DNA of 63,983 nucleotides from Octopus bimaculoides. Its lineage: Eukaryota. A model generated the notes under the pieces. It searched no databases. It was not told the DNA's origin and worked only from the letters and a program-made list of their open reading frames with translations. The DNA lies in assembly GCF_001194135.2 (NCBI RefSeq), contig NC_068982.1:58902321-58966303 (forward strand), written 5' to 3'. The translations under genes were made by a program, and so were the position numbers. Of this stretch, positions 40,430 through 53,428 are shown in pieces (the stretch's first letter is position 1; each line of letters opens with the position of its first letter).

Positions 40430-41540
40430 TATANNNNNNNNNNNNNNNNNNNNNNNNNNNNNNNNNNNNNNNNNNNNNNNNNNNNNNNNNNNNNNNNNNN
40501 NNNNNNNNNNNNNNNNNNNNNNNNNNNNNNNNNNNNNNNNNNNNNNNNNNNNNNNNNNNNNNNNNNNNNNNNNNNNNNNNNNNNNNNNNNNNNNNNNNNN
40601 NNNNNNNNNNNNNNNNNNNNNNNNNNNNNNNNNNNNNNNNNNNNNNNNNNNNNNNNNNNNNNNNNNNNNNNNNNNNNNNNNNNNNNNNNNNNNNNNNNNN
40701 NNNNNNNNNNNNNNNNNNNNNNNNNNNNNNNNNNNNNNNNNNNNNNNNNNNNNNNNNNNNNNNNNNNNNNNNNNNNNNNNNNNNNNNNNNNNNNNNNNNN
40801 NNNNNNNNNNNNNNNNNNNNNNNNNNNNNATATATGTATATATATTATATATATATATATTTTTTTTTAAAGTTTCAGCTTAGAGCTGCGGCCATGCTGA
40901 TGCACCACCGTGTTGCTACACTGTTATTACAGGGAGCCTCTTACAATATGTGGCACTTGGTGAAGAATGGAGTCTGATTTAGCAACCCTCATTTGCACCT
41001 CCTGCCGCGAAGTAGGTTCATCTGGGACTCTCGATAGGAAGAGGTCCAGCTTTGATTTAAAAACTCCTACATCTACTTTGTGCAGATTCCTATATAATTT
41101 CTACATACGCATATGTACATTAAAATACATGCGCACGTATGCTATATGTAGGCATGTAAACGCATATGTGTTCATGAATGTATGTGCACATACATGTATA
41201 CATGCGTGTGTATATATTTAAATATAAGCTTCTGTATTTATATCACTTTGTCCTTCTGCATTATTTAAGAAACACAGGTTGGTCGAAAAAGTTTTCATTT
41301 TAACTTGTTTCTATTTAATTGCATTCTACCATCTTTCTAGTTCTTCTACCATCTTTTTTATTTTACTTTCGTGTTTCTTTTTTCCATTCTTTCTTTCTTT
41401 CTTTCTTTATTTATTTATTTATTTACACTTCCTCCTTATTTCCAGTTTTCATTTTTACTTCTTCAGTTCAATGTTTTCTTCTGGCCTCGCTCTCTCTTTC
41501 ACTTCACACACACGCACACTCCTCCCCCCACACACATGCA

Positions 41541-41628
<88 letters not shown>

Positions 41629-41679
41629 CGCTTATACATACATGTACATATAATGTGTGCATATACATATGTACGTACG

Positions 41680-41714
<35 letters not shown>

Positions 41715-42100
41715 AGACTTGTTTACATACATACATACAGACATGTTTACATACATAACTACTTTCGTCTCGTATGTTTCAAATCCTCGTCTTAATTGTT
41801 ATTCTGACGACATTTTGAATTCCACAAGTTTAGCTATTTTGTTTATTTTTCTGCTAGCGCGTGCTTCCAAGATTTCACGTAGAATCAATGCTTTGTATAA
41901 AAGGAAGTCTTATAAACAAACATGCACACATACATATTTATTTGTTGTAGAAATTGGTAACTTCTTCCTTTTCCTCTCCTTTCTTCTCCCCTTCTCCTCC
42001 TCCTTCGTCTTCCTCTGTCAAGGTGGTGAGCTTGCTGAATCAATTTGGTAGAGTCTTTCGCACGTTGAACATGAAGACAAGTTTCACATATTATTAAACC

Positions 42101-42145
<45 letters not shown>

Positions 42146-42146
<1 letters not shown>

Positions 42147-42557
42147 GGCGCAGGCGTGTCTATGTGGTAAGAAGCCTGCTTCCCGACCACACGGTACCGG
42201 TTTCAGTCCCAATGCGTTACACCTTGGGCAGGTGTCTTCTATTATAGCCTCGGACTAACCAAAGTCTCGTGAGTGGATTTGGTAGACGGAAACCGAAAGA
42301 AACCCGTCGCATATATATTTGTATATCTATGTGTGTGAATCTTTGTTTCCGTGCTTGTTCCTCTCCCTATCGCCGCTTGACAACCGGTGTTGGTGTGTTT
42401 ACGTCCCCGTAACCTACCGGTTCGGCTAAAGAGACCGACGGAATAAGTACTAGGCTTAAGAATTAAGTCGGGTCGATTTGTTCCACTAAAACCCCTCAGA
42501 AAGGTGCTCCAGCATGCCCGCAGTCAACTAACTGAAACAAGTAAAAGAATAAAAGAA
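42146..42557 (+). mobile_element. SINE family A, full length, inserted in (TA)n
   Basis: Same head, internal microsatellite and tail as 39905-40279. Confidence 0.9.
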
Positions 42558-43294
42558 CATATATATCTTTTTTTCTTACGGATTTCAGTTTTCTTAAACT
42601 GTTATTAACACTACAACCATGTCTTACTACTTTCTTCTCCAAGACATTGACCTAGTGCAGACGTTCTGACTGGACATTAGTGGCGTAGGACTCATTAGTG
42701 TGATGAACCCATCAGAATAATACAAAACAATAAATTTGTAATATTTCGTTCCAATACAACAGATTGCAACAGAAAATCATTTCGAGTTCGTCTTGCCTTT
42801 TTTAATTTAAAAAATCTTTTTTAATAATTCCAGTCCTGATAAAATGTATCGAGATATGTACCGGATCTGACAAATTCAACCTATAAATATAACATGGTGC
42901 TGGGCATTATTCAAAATAAATGGCCAGGTGTGGATTAGAAACAGGAACCTTAATCGTACGGCAAGAATATGCGCCACCCGGGACACACCTTGAGTTTGCC
43001 GTCCACTGTACACAACCTATATAGGAATATATAGCGGAACTTAAAGTTCTGTCCCCATAACACCGTCACCTGAGGTGGACCGACCTCACCTCGCTCCTGC
43101 CTTCCCAGCTGCGATACTGAAACATCTACAACAAAACAGAATTTTAGATATAAGTTTTAAAATAATCATTCGAGTATATTTTTCTCTTCGTTGATATCAA
43201 TAACGATGAATGCATTTTTAGGGTTCTCTGTTATATTTTCGCCTTGGTTTTCCTCTGTTCCGTCCTAGACTACAATGTCAGGCTCTCTGTATTG

Positions 43295-43815
43295 GGGTTG
43301 AACTCAGAACGCAATGGCGGACGAAATACCACTAAGCATTTTACCCGGCGTGCTAACGATTCTGCCAGCTTGTTGCTTTACTATCGTGTATATTGATTTC
43401 AAATTTTGGCACAAGGCCAGCGATTTCGAGCGAGAGGTTGGTCGATTGCATCTAGTACTTATTTTATCGACTCCGAAAAGATGAAGGGCAAAATTGAGAT
43501 CGGTGGGATTTGAATCGAGAACGTACAGACGGACGAAATACCACTAAGCATTTTACCCGGCATGCTAACGATTCTGCCAGCTTGTTGCTTTACTATCGTG
43601 TATATTGATTTCAAATTTTGGCACAAGGCCAGCGATTTCGAGCGAGAGGTTGGTCGATTGCATCTAGTACTTATTTTATCGACTCCGAAAAGATGAAGGG
43701 CAAAATTGTGATCGGCGGGATTTGAACTCAGAACGTACAGACGGATGATATACCGCTAAGCATTTTGTCCGGCGTGCTTACGATTCTGCCAGATCGCTGC
43801 TTTACCATTGTGTAT
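43295..43815 (-). repeat. Tandem array (212-bp period, ~2.5 units) of SINE family C plus flank
   Basis: Units start at 43320, 43532 and 43744; the first two are nearly identical, including the non-SINE spacer ctttactatcgtgtatattg. Confidence 0.9.
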
Positions 43816-44483
43816 ATCGCTACTGAAAAGTCTTTACATGTTACTGACCTCTAGCTAACAAAACACACCTACTCGCATTACATTGGCCAATAATTCTGAC
43901 CTTCTCCTTCAAATTCTCACCTCAATCCCCTCTCTCCCACCTTACTCCCTCTTAAAACCTCTTCGTATATATTTCTCACCATTTTTCTCACAAACATTTG
44001 CACAAACTAATTCTTTACATTTAACATACTCAGAGGGACTAAGGGCATTAAAAAAAAAGTGTTTTTCTCTCTTTCTCTCTCCCTGAAGAAGGTCTAAGTC
44101 TGAAACATCAGAAATATCTTCGCCCAAAGGCATACGAATTTTCAAATAATTATACTTTATCTGTAAAATCAATTTTTGCTGATTTGCAAAACAACTAGTA
44201 ACCCTTGATTTTTGGTACACACACACATGCACACATATGTACTCACTTACGTACACATCAACATAGATATATATATAAGAACATGTGCTTACATGCCAGT
44301 GTGTGCATACGTTTATATACATCACTTTCTGTCACATACAAACATACATACATACATATAAAACTACATGAGTATGTGATTGATTTCAAGTACAAATTCA
44401 CACACGACACACACACATACCCTCTCTTTCTCTCTCTCTCTTTCCCTATATACATACATACATATCATGTGTGTGTATATGTA

Positions 44484-44567
<84 letters not shown>

Positions 44568-45659
44568 CATACATACATACAAACATACTCACACACAAAC
44601 ATTCCTACAAAAGTAAATAAACGTATATGCAAATAACAGCACAGATAAATGATACAGACAATCAACCACTTATGAATATACAAAATTCTAAATTTTTCCA
44701 CACATACACACAACTTCAACTACAACGTTTGTGCCTGAATGCATACATGTATACGCGTGCGTCTATATATATATATATAGATGCAGATATAGATGTAGAT
44801 ATATAGATATGTATGTATGTATGTATGTATGTGCTTGTATGCATGTGTATATATCTAAGTGTGTGGTAATCCTACTAAATATGTACGCTTAAAACGATGT
44901 AGCAAACGGCAGCAACATACACATCAATCTTAACATTGGAATCTGCAGTTATTAGTTCAAATGGGAAATCAGTCATGTAGCAAATAGAAAAATTTCAGTC
45001 TTTTCACTGTAATTTCCAAGATGAATCTAATAAATTTTATAATATAGTGTAGTAGCAGAGGAGGGGGTAACATGAACAAAGACTTAGTAAATTAATTCTT
45101 TGTAAATCGTGGTGTGTTTTTTTCTTTTTGTATATCTCTGTTTTTTCTGTGTGTGTGTGTGTATTTTTCTTCTTTTGTTTCATTTTACAGATTGTTTTTA
45201 ATTCCTTTTTTTATTTTATTTTATCTTATTTTTCTTGTTGTTGTTGTTGTTGTTGTTTTACAATTCTGTATCATTATTCAGTGGAAAAGTTTGTAAATGT
45301 AACATTAAAAAAACAACAAAATTCAAACAAAGCATTAATTAAAATAATAACAATAATAATAATAATAATAATAATTACGCTGTAGTTATCATAATGCAAT
45401 TACTAATGATGAGGATTACGATGATTATGATGATTTAAAATTTCATTAGTAGGCCCTGTAGCTATATATCAATTCTAGACTTATAATAGCATTCTACTGT
45501 CGTGGCAATCTTTTTTGCTCACATACATACATACATACATACATACAAACATGCATACATACATATACAAATATACATGCCCTCATATACATACAAGCAT
45601 ACATATATACACACACTCACACACATATGTCTCTGTGTATGTATCTATATCTATCTGTC

Positions 45660-45726
<67 letters not shown>

Positions 45727-46394
45727 AAACGCCTGTGTTAGAATGGGGGTAGCTGATGAAGGAAAATGTTCTCTATGTGGCCTGTGTGTGTTCTGTACTC
45801 TGGTTATTATTATTTTTTGTCTACGTTTTGTTTGCAATGTCCTGTACCCAGATATGTACCTATATATATACAGGTAGACGTAGGTATGCACATACCTGTA
45901 CGTATATATGCATATACTCATTTATTATTTGTTATATATATATATATATAACGTGGTTCAGTATGGTTTGAAGATGGCTTGGCTCCTATTTCTGCCACGT
46001 CTGACCCTAGATTTTTTCCGTCTTTATCTGTGATGTAACAGAGCTTTGTAAAGAATTATTCTAAGGACCTTTTATTGGTGCAATAATCAAATGCTTTTTT
46101 AACAGTACTGGTGTTGTTAACGCTTAACTCAACTTTAGAGCAGTACCTTGTTGAAATATGTTCTACTTCTGGTAATCATGTCCTTTATTCAAGTATAGCA
46201 TATCCAAGACTAAATTAGCCAATATGTATTTCAGACAGAAATGATAGATAATTGAAGGAGATTACGCTACCCTATCTAGCGCCCCTTTCACGCAATGCTG
46301 AATAGTTTTGTAAGAGTTTAAAGAATGTCTAAACTTGTTTGAATACTTCTGTTAAGCAATTGTTCTAACAACGATTTAAGTATAGAACAATATA

Positions 46395-46463
<69 letters not shown>

Positions 46464-46699
46464 ACAGCAAAATATTCAGAAACGAATGTATATATAGATA
46501 TTAATGTTGTCTTTATTATCGAAGGCAATACAAATAGTCGATAATAGCAACAGTATTAATAAAGGTGGTTGCAGGCCTAAATCAGCATTATATAGCTATA
46601 AAATTAAAATTATATTAATCCTAAGGACACAATAAAGTGTCTACCTGCTAGAAATGAAAGTTAAAATCATCATTTGGACAACCAAAAATTTACACTGAA

Positions 46700-47110
46700 A
46701 ACAACAGATTCAATCTGTTATTTACTGCGGTAAATGTGGGGCATCTTACATAGGGAGCACCACCAAGAAATTGCACATCCGTATAAAAGAACATTTGCAC
46801 ACGGACACTTTAACATAAAAACACCTAAAGAATTGCCAAACCTGGAATTTTAAAGTAGCCATCAGGGCTACCCAATGCTACCGGAACAATCTCAGAATCA
46901 TAGAGGCCCTCCTTATAAATAAATTGTAATCTGCATTAACAACAGGAAGGAACTATACGAAGCAGACCATGTCACCTTCCTCTTTCCTCCCACACACAAT
47001 TGAGCAACGACTTTTTCCAGCCACCAAATAACCTGAGGCAGCGGTCATAACCCTGAAATGCAGAAATATAAGTAAAACTGCAACTTTGGTCTATTTTCTT
47101 TTCCTTTTAT
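46700..47110 (+). mobile_element. Penelope-like element 3' fragment: GIY-YIG endonuclease remnant plus 3' pLTR-like region
   Basis: From 46720: IYCGKCGASYIGSTTKKLHIRIKEHLHTDTLT*KHLKNCQTWNFKVAIRATQCYRNNLRIIEALLINKL* (YIG, R..EH and E..LI motifs of PLE GIY-YIG); downstream cctgaggcagcggtcataaccctgaaa. Confidence 0.85.
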
Positions 47111-47171
47111 AGTTTGCTTTGTATTTTCTCGTATTGCTCCAACCTTTCACAACAAATATCATTAACACACC

Positions 47172-47235
<64 letters not shown>

Positions 47236-47236
<1 letters not shown>

Positions 47237-47532
47237 TGCTGAGACCCCCTTCGGTCATGACTGACCATGAGATTGCACCTAAAAATTTACCCTCCCAGAC
47301 ACAAGTCCGGGCAAGGTTGTTTATGGAAGATCAGCAGTCGCCCATGCATACCGGCCTCCCCTCTCCATGCCACCAGTGCTATCCAAGGTAAAGGCAAAAG
47401 CCGACACAGCTCACTTGAGTGAACTGGAGCAACGTGAAATAAAGTGTCTTGCTCAAGAACACAACACGCAGCCCAGTCCGGGATTCGAACTCGTAACCTC
47501 ACGATCGTAAGCTCGACGCTCTAACCACTGAG

Positions 47533-47534
<2 letters not shown>
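47236..47534 (-). mobile_element. SINE family D inserted in (TA)n, with an internal deletion
   Basis: Reverse complement of 25356-25699; (TA)n on both sides. Confidence 0.88.
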
Positions 47535-47594
<60 letters not shown>

Positions 47595-49101
47595 CGAAGT
47601 GTACAGTATTATATATCCATTACGTCCAAACATACCAATCGGTTTCGCATTAAGGGTTCAACGGAGTGTTAGGTAACAGCCTGATTATGTGACCCTGCGC
47701 TTTTCAGAGGTGACAGTTATGGAATGGATTATGGTGGCTGGTCTCTATTATTGGAGGTGAACAGACACATCCAGATTGTGGTTGCTGAAACGAACCGAAA
47801 AAGGGCTAAGTTAAGAGTCATGTCCCTTGGTACCAAAATCCCAATCTCTAGAGGTATTGCAAGTCGTAAGAGTTTTCCTGGAAAAGAGTATGGGAGTTGT
47901 GTGCACCTATTAATATACCCACTCTACTGGCAGATATACGAGTGCATTTTTTCCTGACTTATGGATTCTTAGACGGCTATATATATAAGAAAAAATGGCA
48001 AAGGAATAAACGATTATCGTATTAACTTCATTGGCTTACAACTGTTTCTGCTATAAAGTGCAGTGGACACAGTGTGTCTGTCTGCTCTGTATTCGACTAA
48101 CGCTTCGTTCTGAAGCATATTGAGTTCTACACTGGGTTATTAGTCTCACAATGTCTAGTATATATGTGTGTGTGTGTGTATGTGTGTATGTGTATATATA
48201 AACATACATATATACACACAGAGAAAGAAAGGAAGAGGAATAATACTTCGTATATAGCATAGCGAATGTTAAGCGTTTGGCTTATATCGCCGAGATACGA
48301 AACACGTCGATTTGCCAGCTACCTTATCGATTCGACCATCTGCGACACAATCAATTAAATGAATCAGTAAGTTAAGTAAATTCTCATAATTTGTTTTCCT
48401 AAAATACATTATTTGTAAATATTGGCAACCTTTGATCATTTATTTTGTTACATGAATGTAAATGTTGCTTTCTTCCTTCAGTCTGTTTTGTGCGGTTTTC
48501 TCCAACATGAATATTTCTGTGATTTCAGATATTTGGATTATAGTGTTTCTTTTTGATAGAAGATCTATGGCTAAGAATATCAATGATTTCGCCCAATGGA
48601 TTCATTGCCGCAATATAGGAAAAGAAGAGAAGCGAAAGGGATTAACTATTTACTGGTTAAGCATTATAATGGATATTTTATAGATGACCAGCCTTATTTT
48701 CTTTGATACTTTGTATCATGTCTTTGAATATTTGAAAAAAAACAAACAAACAAACAAACAAAAAACAATAATGGAAATAAAAGATACAAAGGAGAAATGA
48801 CCACCTTCTTGATATTTCTCATCTTGTCAGTTTTCTTGTGAATTGTATAACGTATTGTATTTCTCTCTCTCTCTCTCTCTTTCTCCATATGGAATAGTTT
48901 TTAAAGCATTTGATACGTTGAGTAAAGATAAATAAATATAGAGGGAACGTAAATGTCCATTTTGCTTAAGGAATAATAAAAGAAATAAAGAATGACAATA
49001 TGACAGAAGTGAATAGAATATGACAGAGCAGAAGGCTAGCTTTGAGAGCTATCAGTTAGATGGTCTGGTTAAACGACACGAGAATGAAAAATGACTATGA
49101 T

Positions 49102-49142
<41 letters not shown>

Positions 49143-50439
49143 CAAATAGTCATTTTTGTATGTATATATGTATGTATAATGCAAATATCTCTGGCAGGGG
49201 TGCCAAAAACAACGACAAAACAATAAAAAAGGATGAAAATAGGAAAGAAAAGGGGAAAAAAACTTGCAATAAAAAACGATTGGCATAGATACGGCTTCAA
49301 GTTAAAGCGTATAGACACGAATAAAATGGTCAATCGGTAAAAGAGTGAAAGAAAGATGAAAGAAACAGATTTACTGGTCCAGTGATGGATAAACAAATTG
49401 ATTGAATGATTTAGCAATTGATCTGTAAGTAGAAATGTTACTAAACAGATGCTAATAGGCATATTTCGTGTGATACAAACAACACTTGTTATCTAGTGAA
49501 AGCAATAAAGAGTAGTGACAATGGGGGGTGTGGGGGGGATGAGGGAAAAAGCAATATGGCCGTCACGAGGCAATGTTAGCTAACTCTACCACGTACAACA
49601 TACAGACGCTATCAATTGGGTAACCATCAATTTGATAACAAACACAAACAAAAAAAAAAGTTGTTAAATGTCTATAAGGATGATTAATTTCGTTCGTTCT
49701 TCTTCTTCTCTTTGGCTTACTCTTCCCCCCTCTCTGTGTCTCTCTTTCTCTCTCACCCACCTCTCTTTCTTCCTGCGCATGTGTCGTAAACAATGCTTTT
49801 CTTCAAATATACATGTGTAAATATTTACACAGGGAAATTTTTAAAATAAAATCAAAAGGTACCCGATGATGCCCAGCTATTATAGTAAAGTACCATGAGA
49901 CAGAAAGATGTGATTTGCAGCTTTATTTGACAGGTCTAGCTGGCTCTTGGACGTTTCTCCGGCTGGTTCATACATATACACATCAAAAAAATCCGTACAG
50001 TGTTTTGTAGCAAATTTGGTTGCTTTGGCTGTCATTTTGAGTTACTGCGGGTATGTTCCATGTTGGCTAAGACAGCAAAGTATTTCATCATCTGTCATAT
50101 TCTTGTAATTAATTAAGGACGAAAGTGCAGCACGTGAGACCTTAATTCTTTTTTCAGGGGATCCGCGACTAGCTGAGTGAAAGGAAGATTTCCTCAAATC
50201 AGAGATCTAGTTCGAATCCTTCCAATAGTCAACTCTGTGAAAGGTAACCGAGGAAAGAGGAGCGATGCAATGCATATACGTTAAAGATAAATAAATGCTT
50301 GAGGTATATATATATATATATGAAAGTCACAGTATATGGATTCAAGTAATTCGGTATTACTCTTAAAACACCTCCTTAATGTATCATTCTACAAAACATA
50401 TACAGGATCTTTTTTAAAACGGGGGCCACATTTTTCATT

Positions 50440-50720
50440 AACGAAACACTTTGAAACTTGGAACACTGGTAGAATGTGTCATATAAAACATCTTTTTCTC
50501 TTAGTCTTCTTTAAAAAAAAAAGAAATCCATAAGTTATTCCATGTTAAAGTTGTATTTCTGTAATTTCAACCAATCACTGACGTCCATTCAGCCGATATA
50601 CATTAAGTGCCGACTACATAAACAAGCGATTCTGAAACAATTAACCCTAACCCTAACGTTAGGGTTAGGGTTAAAGCAAATTTAAAATGAAAAAAGCAAA
50701 TAAAACGAAGGTATGGAGAT
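50440..50720. repeat. Interspersed repeat fragment (probably DNA transposon/Helentron-like) containing a telomere-repeat palindrome
   Basis: Motif gaaacttggaacactggtagaa is related to gaaacttcgtatactggtgtaa near 62345; contains ttaaccctaaccctaacgttagggttagggttaa. Class assignment is inference. Confidence 0.4.
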
Positions 50721-51423
50721 TNNNNNNNNNNNNNNNNNNNNNNNNNNNNNNNNNNNNNNNNNNNNNNNNNNNNNNNNNNNNNNNNNNNNNNNNNNNNNNN
50801 NNNNNNNNNNNNNNNNNNNNNNNNNNNNNNNNNNNNNNNNNNNNNNNNNNNNNNNNNNNNNNNNNNNNNNNNNNNNNNNNNNNNNNNNNNNNNNNNNNNN
50901 NNNNNNNNNNNNNNNNNNNNNNNNNNNNNNNNNNNNNNNNNNNNNNNNNNNNNNNNNNNNNNNNNNNNNNNNNNNNNNNNNNNNNNNNNNNNNNNNNNNN
51001 NNNNNNNNNNNNNNNNNNNNNNNNNNNNNNNNNNNNNNNNNNNNNNNNNNNNNNNNNNNNNNNNNNNNNNNNNNNNNNNNNNNNNNNNNNNNNNNNNNNN
51101 NNNNNNNNNNNNNCGCACACACACACACACACACTTCTTGGAGATTTTAAATAAAATTATACTTATGTGTCCATCTGTTTTAATTTAATTTAATTAAATT
51201 CTATGTCTTTATGCAGCCAATGATTGCTCTGCATTTAAATTGATGTAATGATTGCAATGTTCAATTAAATGGAATTGCTTGACACGATCGTACTGCATTA
51301 CCTCTGGATATCCTTGTTGCGTATTTTGATTTTAGCCACCTTATTTTGAAATTGTATGGATAATACCGTACTAAACTCTGGTGCCTCAACTTAAGTACCA
51401 TATTCATCATCTGAATCTATCTA

Positions 51424-51456
<33 letters not shown>

Positions 51457-51699
51457 GCACACAATTGTATACACATACACACGTATCCGGTATACGCAAC
51501 TGAAGCAAGGCTAAATTAAACTAGCCATTTGCGTGTCATATTTAATGTATATACATCGTTGACAGGCAAGTTATTACGATATTTTTCTTGAGATATTGTT
51601 ATCGAAAATAGTGCGTCTTATGGTCTTGATACATTTAAAAATATATATCGAAGGGAGGTGAAAAACCACCCCAGAAGCAGCTTGCGAAAACGTCAGATC

Positions 51700-51850
51700 C
51701 ATTTCGGCTTATGTTCATGTTCTTTTCTCTATCCCTTTTCTGACGAAGAGCCATGCTCGAAACGTCACACACACTCACTTTTTTCCAGCTTAGTGTCAAC
51801 CTAATACATTCACCGTGTACGTCCTTTTGACTTCCGATATTTTTGTTTTT
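51700..51850 (+). mobile_element. Short repeat carrying a minimal type-I hammerhead core
   Basis: CTGACGA-A-GAGC-cat-GCTC-GAAA-CGTC at 51740-51766; downstream homology to 15160-15255. Confidence 0.6.
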
Positions 51851-51882
51851 ATTTCGGGTTTACCAATACATATATACATATG

Positions 51883-51916
<34 letters not shown>

Positions 51917-51924
51917 TGTATGTA

Positions 51925-52190
51925 GACAAACTTGGTTCCATATGTGGATTTCCTGGTGCAGGCTGGAACATTACAATAGTCTTGTCCAGGCTAATGCCGA
52001 GTCCAAATGCCTTGCAAGAAGCGGAAAGGCAATTCATGAGTATCTGCATGCCATCCACTGTATGAGTAACTAAGTCACAGTCATCTGCATAAAGGAGATC
52101 ACGAATAATAGACTGGAGAACCTCTGAATTGGCAGCAAATCGGCGAAGATTAAAGAGGCGGCCAGAAGATCGATATCTGACATATATTCT
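51925..52190 (-). pseudogene. RTE-clade LINE reverse-transcriptase fragment (inverted relative to the 3' end)
   Basis: IYVRYRSSGRLFNLRRFAANSEVLQSIIRDLLYADDCDLVTHTVDGMQILMNCLSASCKAFGLGISLDKTIVMFQPAPG: YADD motif in a typical RTE/BovB context. Confidence 0.93.
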
Positions 52191-52387
52191 CAGAGAAAGC
52201 ACGGCTCGTCTAGTGAATGGGGAAAGCTTGGTCTGCAATGTTTGCAGTCATGTATGCTTATCAAGAGCAGGGCTCGTTAGCCACCAACGGAGCCGCAAAA
52301 GCAAAATATAAGTTAGTCCTAGAGCGCACAATGTTCTTGAAGGTCGGCAATGATCATCCTCGGTCACGAGTGGACGGCCATCGTCAT
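52191..52387 (+). mobile_element. RTE LINE C-terminal zinc-finger-like end and 3' UTR
   Basis: RESTARLVNGESLVCNVCSHVCLSRAGLVSHQRSRKSKI*, then atgatcatcctcggtcacgagtggacggccatcgtcat running into (TGTA)n. Confidence 0.8.
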
Positions 52388-53170
52388 GTATGTATGTATG
52401 TATTCATGTATGTGTGTATATTATATATATATTCATTATTAGCGATGGAAACAATATTGGTTCAGAATAGCATTCTGTATATTTGAGTTAATGTAGAGAT
52501 CCTATTCAAAATCGCAAAACTGCAGTATTCGTCTTGGTTTCAGAAATCGGTGACGGGAGGCAAACATTTGTTATTAGCGACAGAAGCAGTACTGGTTCGG
52601 AATAAAATACTGTATACACATAGTATTTTCTATACTAGTAAAAGCGAATGTTGCGTAAGTATGTGATTGATAATGGATACTTGCTACTGATGGTGTGCAA
52701 TGACATGGAAATCATGATTTAGCAATTCCGCCACCCACCACTGATATACGATTTTCGTCTGCAACTGATAGTCTGTGCTTTTTAGCAATAAATATCTATA
52801 TGAGAAGCTTTCTCAAGAAGAGTACGGTACTTTAGCGGCTTTCGATAGTATATCCGCGTTAAGTGAGACACAGGATACTATAAATAAATTGCGCTTTTAT
52901 TCTGATCACTCGAGGATGCGCATGTATACAGCTGATGTTAAATCATATTAAAACAATATTGCGTATAATGTATGCAACATTCAGCAATTAACAGTCAATG
53001 ATGATGCGTTAAAATCTTTGTAGCGAATTTTTAATAAAGCCTGCGGATTTTCACATGTACATCCCATAACAGAAGTCCTACAGTATGATACGATTTGGTA
53101 ACCGATTCCCAGACAGGAGCTCTGAAGCGCACACTGTAAGGTTATTACCCAGATTATATATATACATATA

Positions 53171-53342
53171 AGGCGCAGGAGTGGCTGTCTGGTAAGTAGC
53201 TTGCTTACCAACCACATGGTTCCGGGTTCAGTCCCACTGCGTGGCACCTTGGACAAGTGTCTTCTACTATAGCCTCGGGCCGACCAAAGCCTTGTGAGTG
53301 GATTTGGTAGACGGAAACTGAAAGAAGCCCGTCGTATATATG

Positions 53343-53428
<86 letters not shown>

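Noticed and set aside
42950-43130. Possible CR1/L2 ORF2 tail remnant (HPGHTLSLP...FCPHNTVT)
   Set aside because: Only scattered residues match; would need an HMM search.
43295-43815. Regularly spaced repeats as a possible CRISPR-like array
   Set aside because: The entire 212-bp unit is duplicated, there are no unique spacers, and the context is eukaryotic SINE sequence.
45752-45860. CTGATGA motif as another hammerhead
   Set aside because: No stem II followed by GAAA and NUH; at most a pLTR-like fragment.
50641-50674. Chromosome end-to-end fusion scar
   Set aside because: The orientation is CCCTAA then TTAGGG (the reverse of a fusion) and there are only about two repeats per side.
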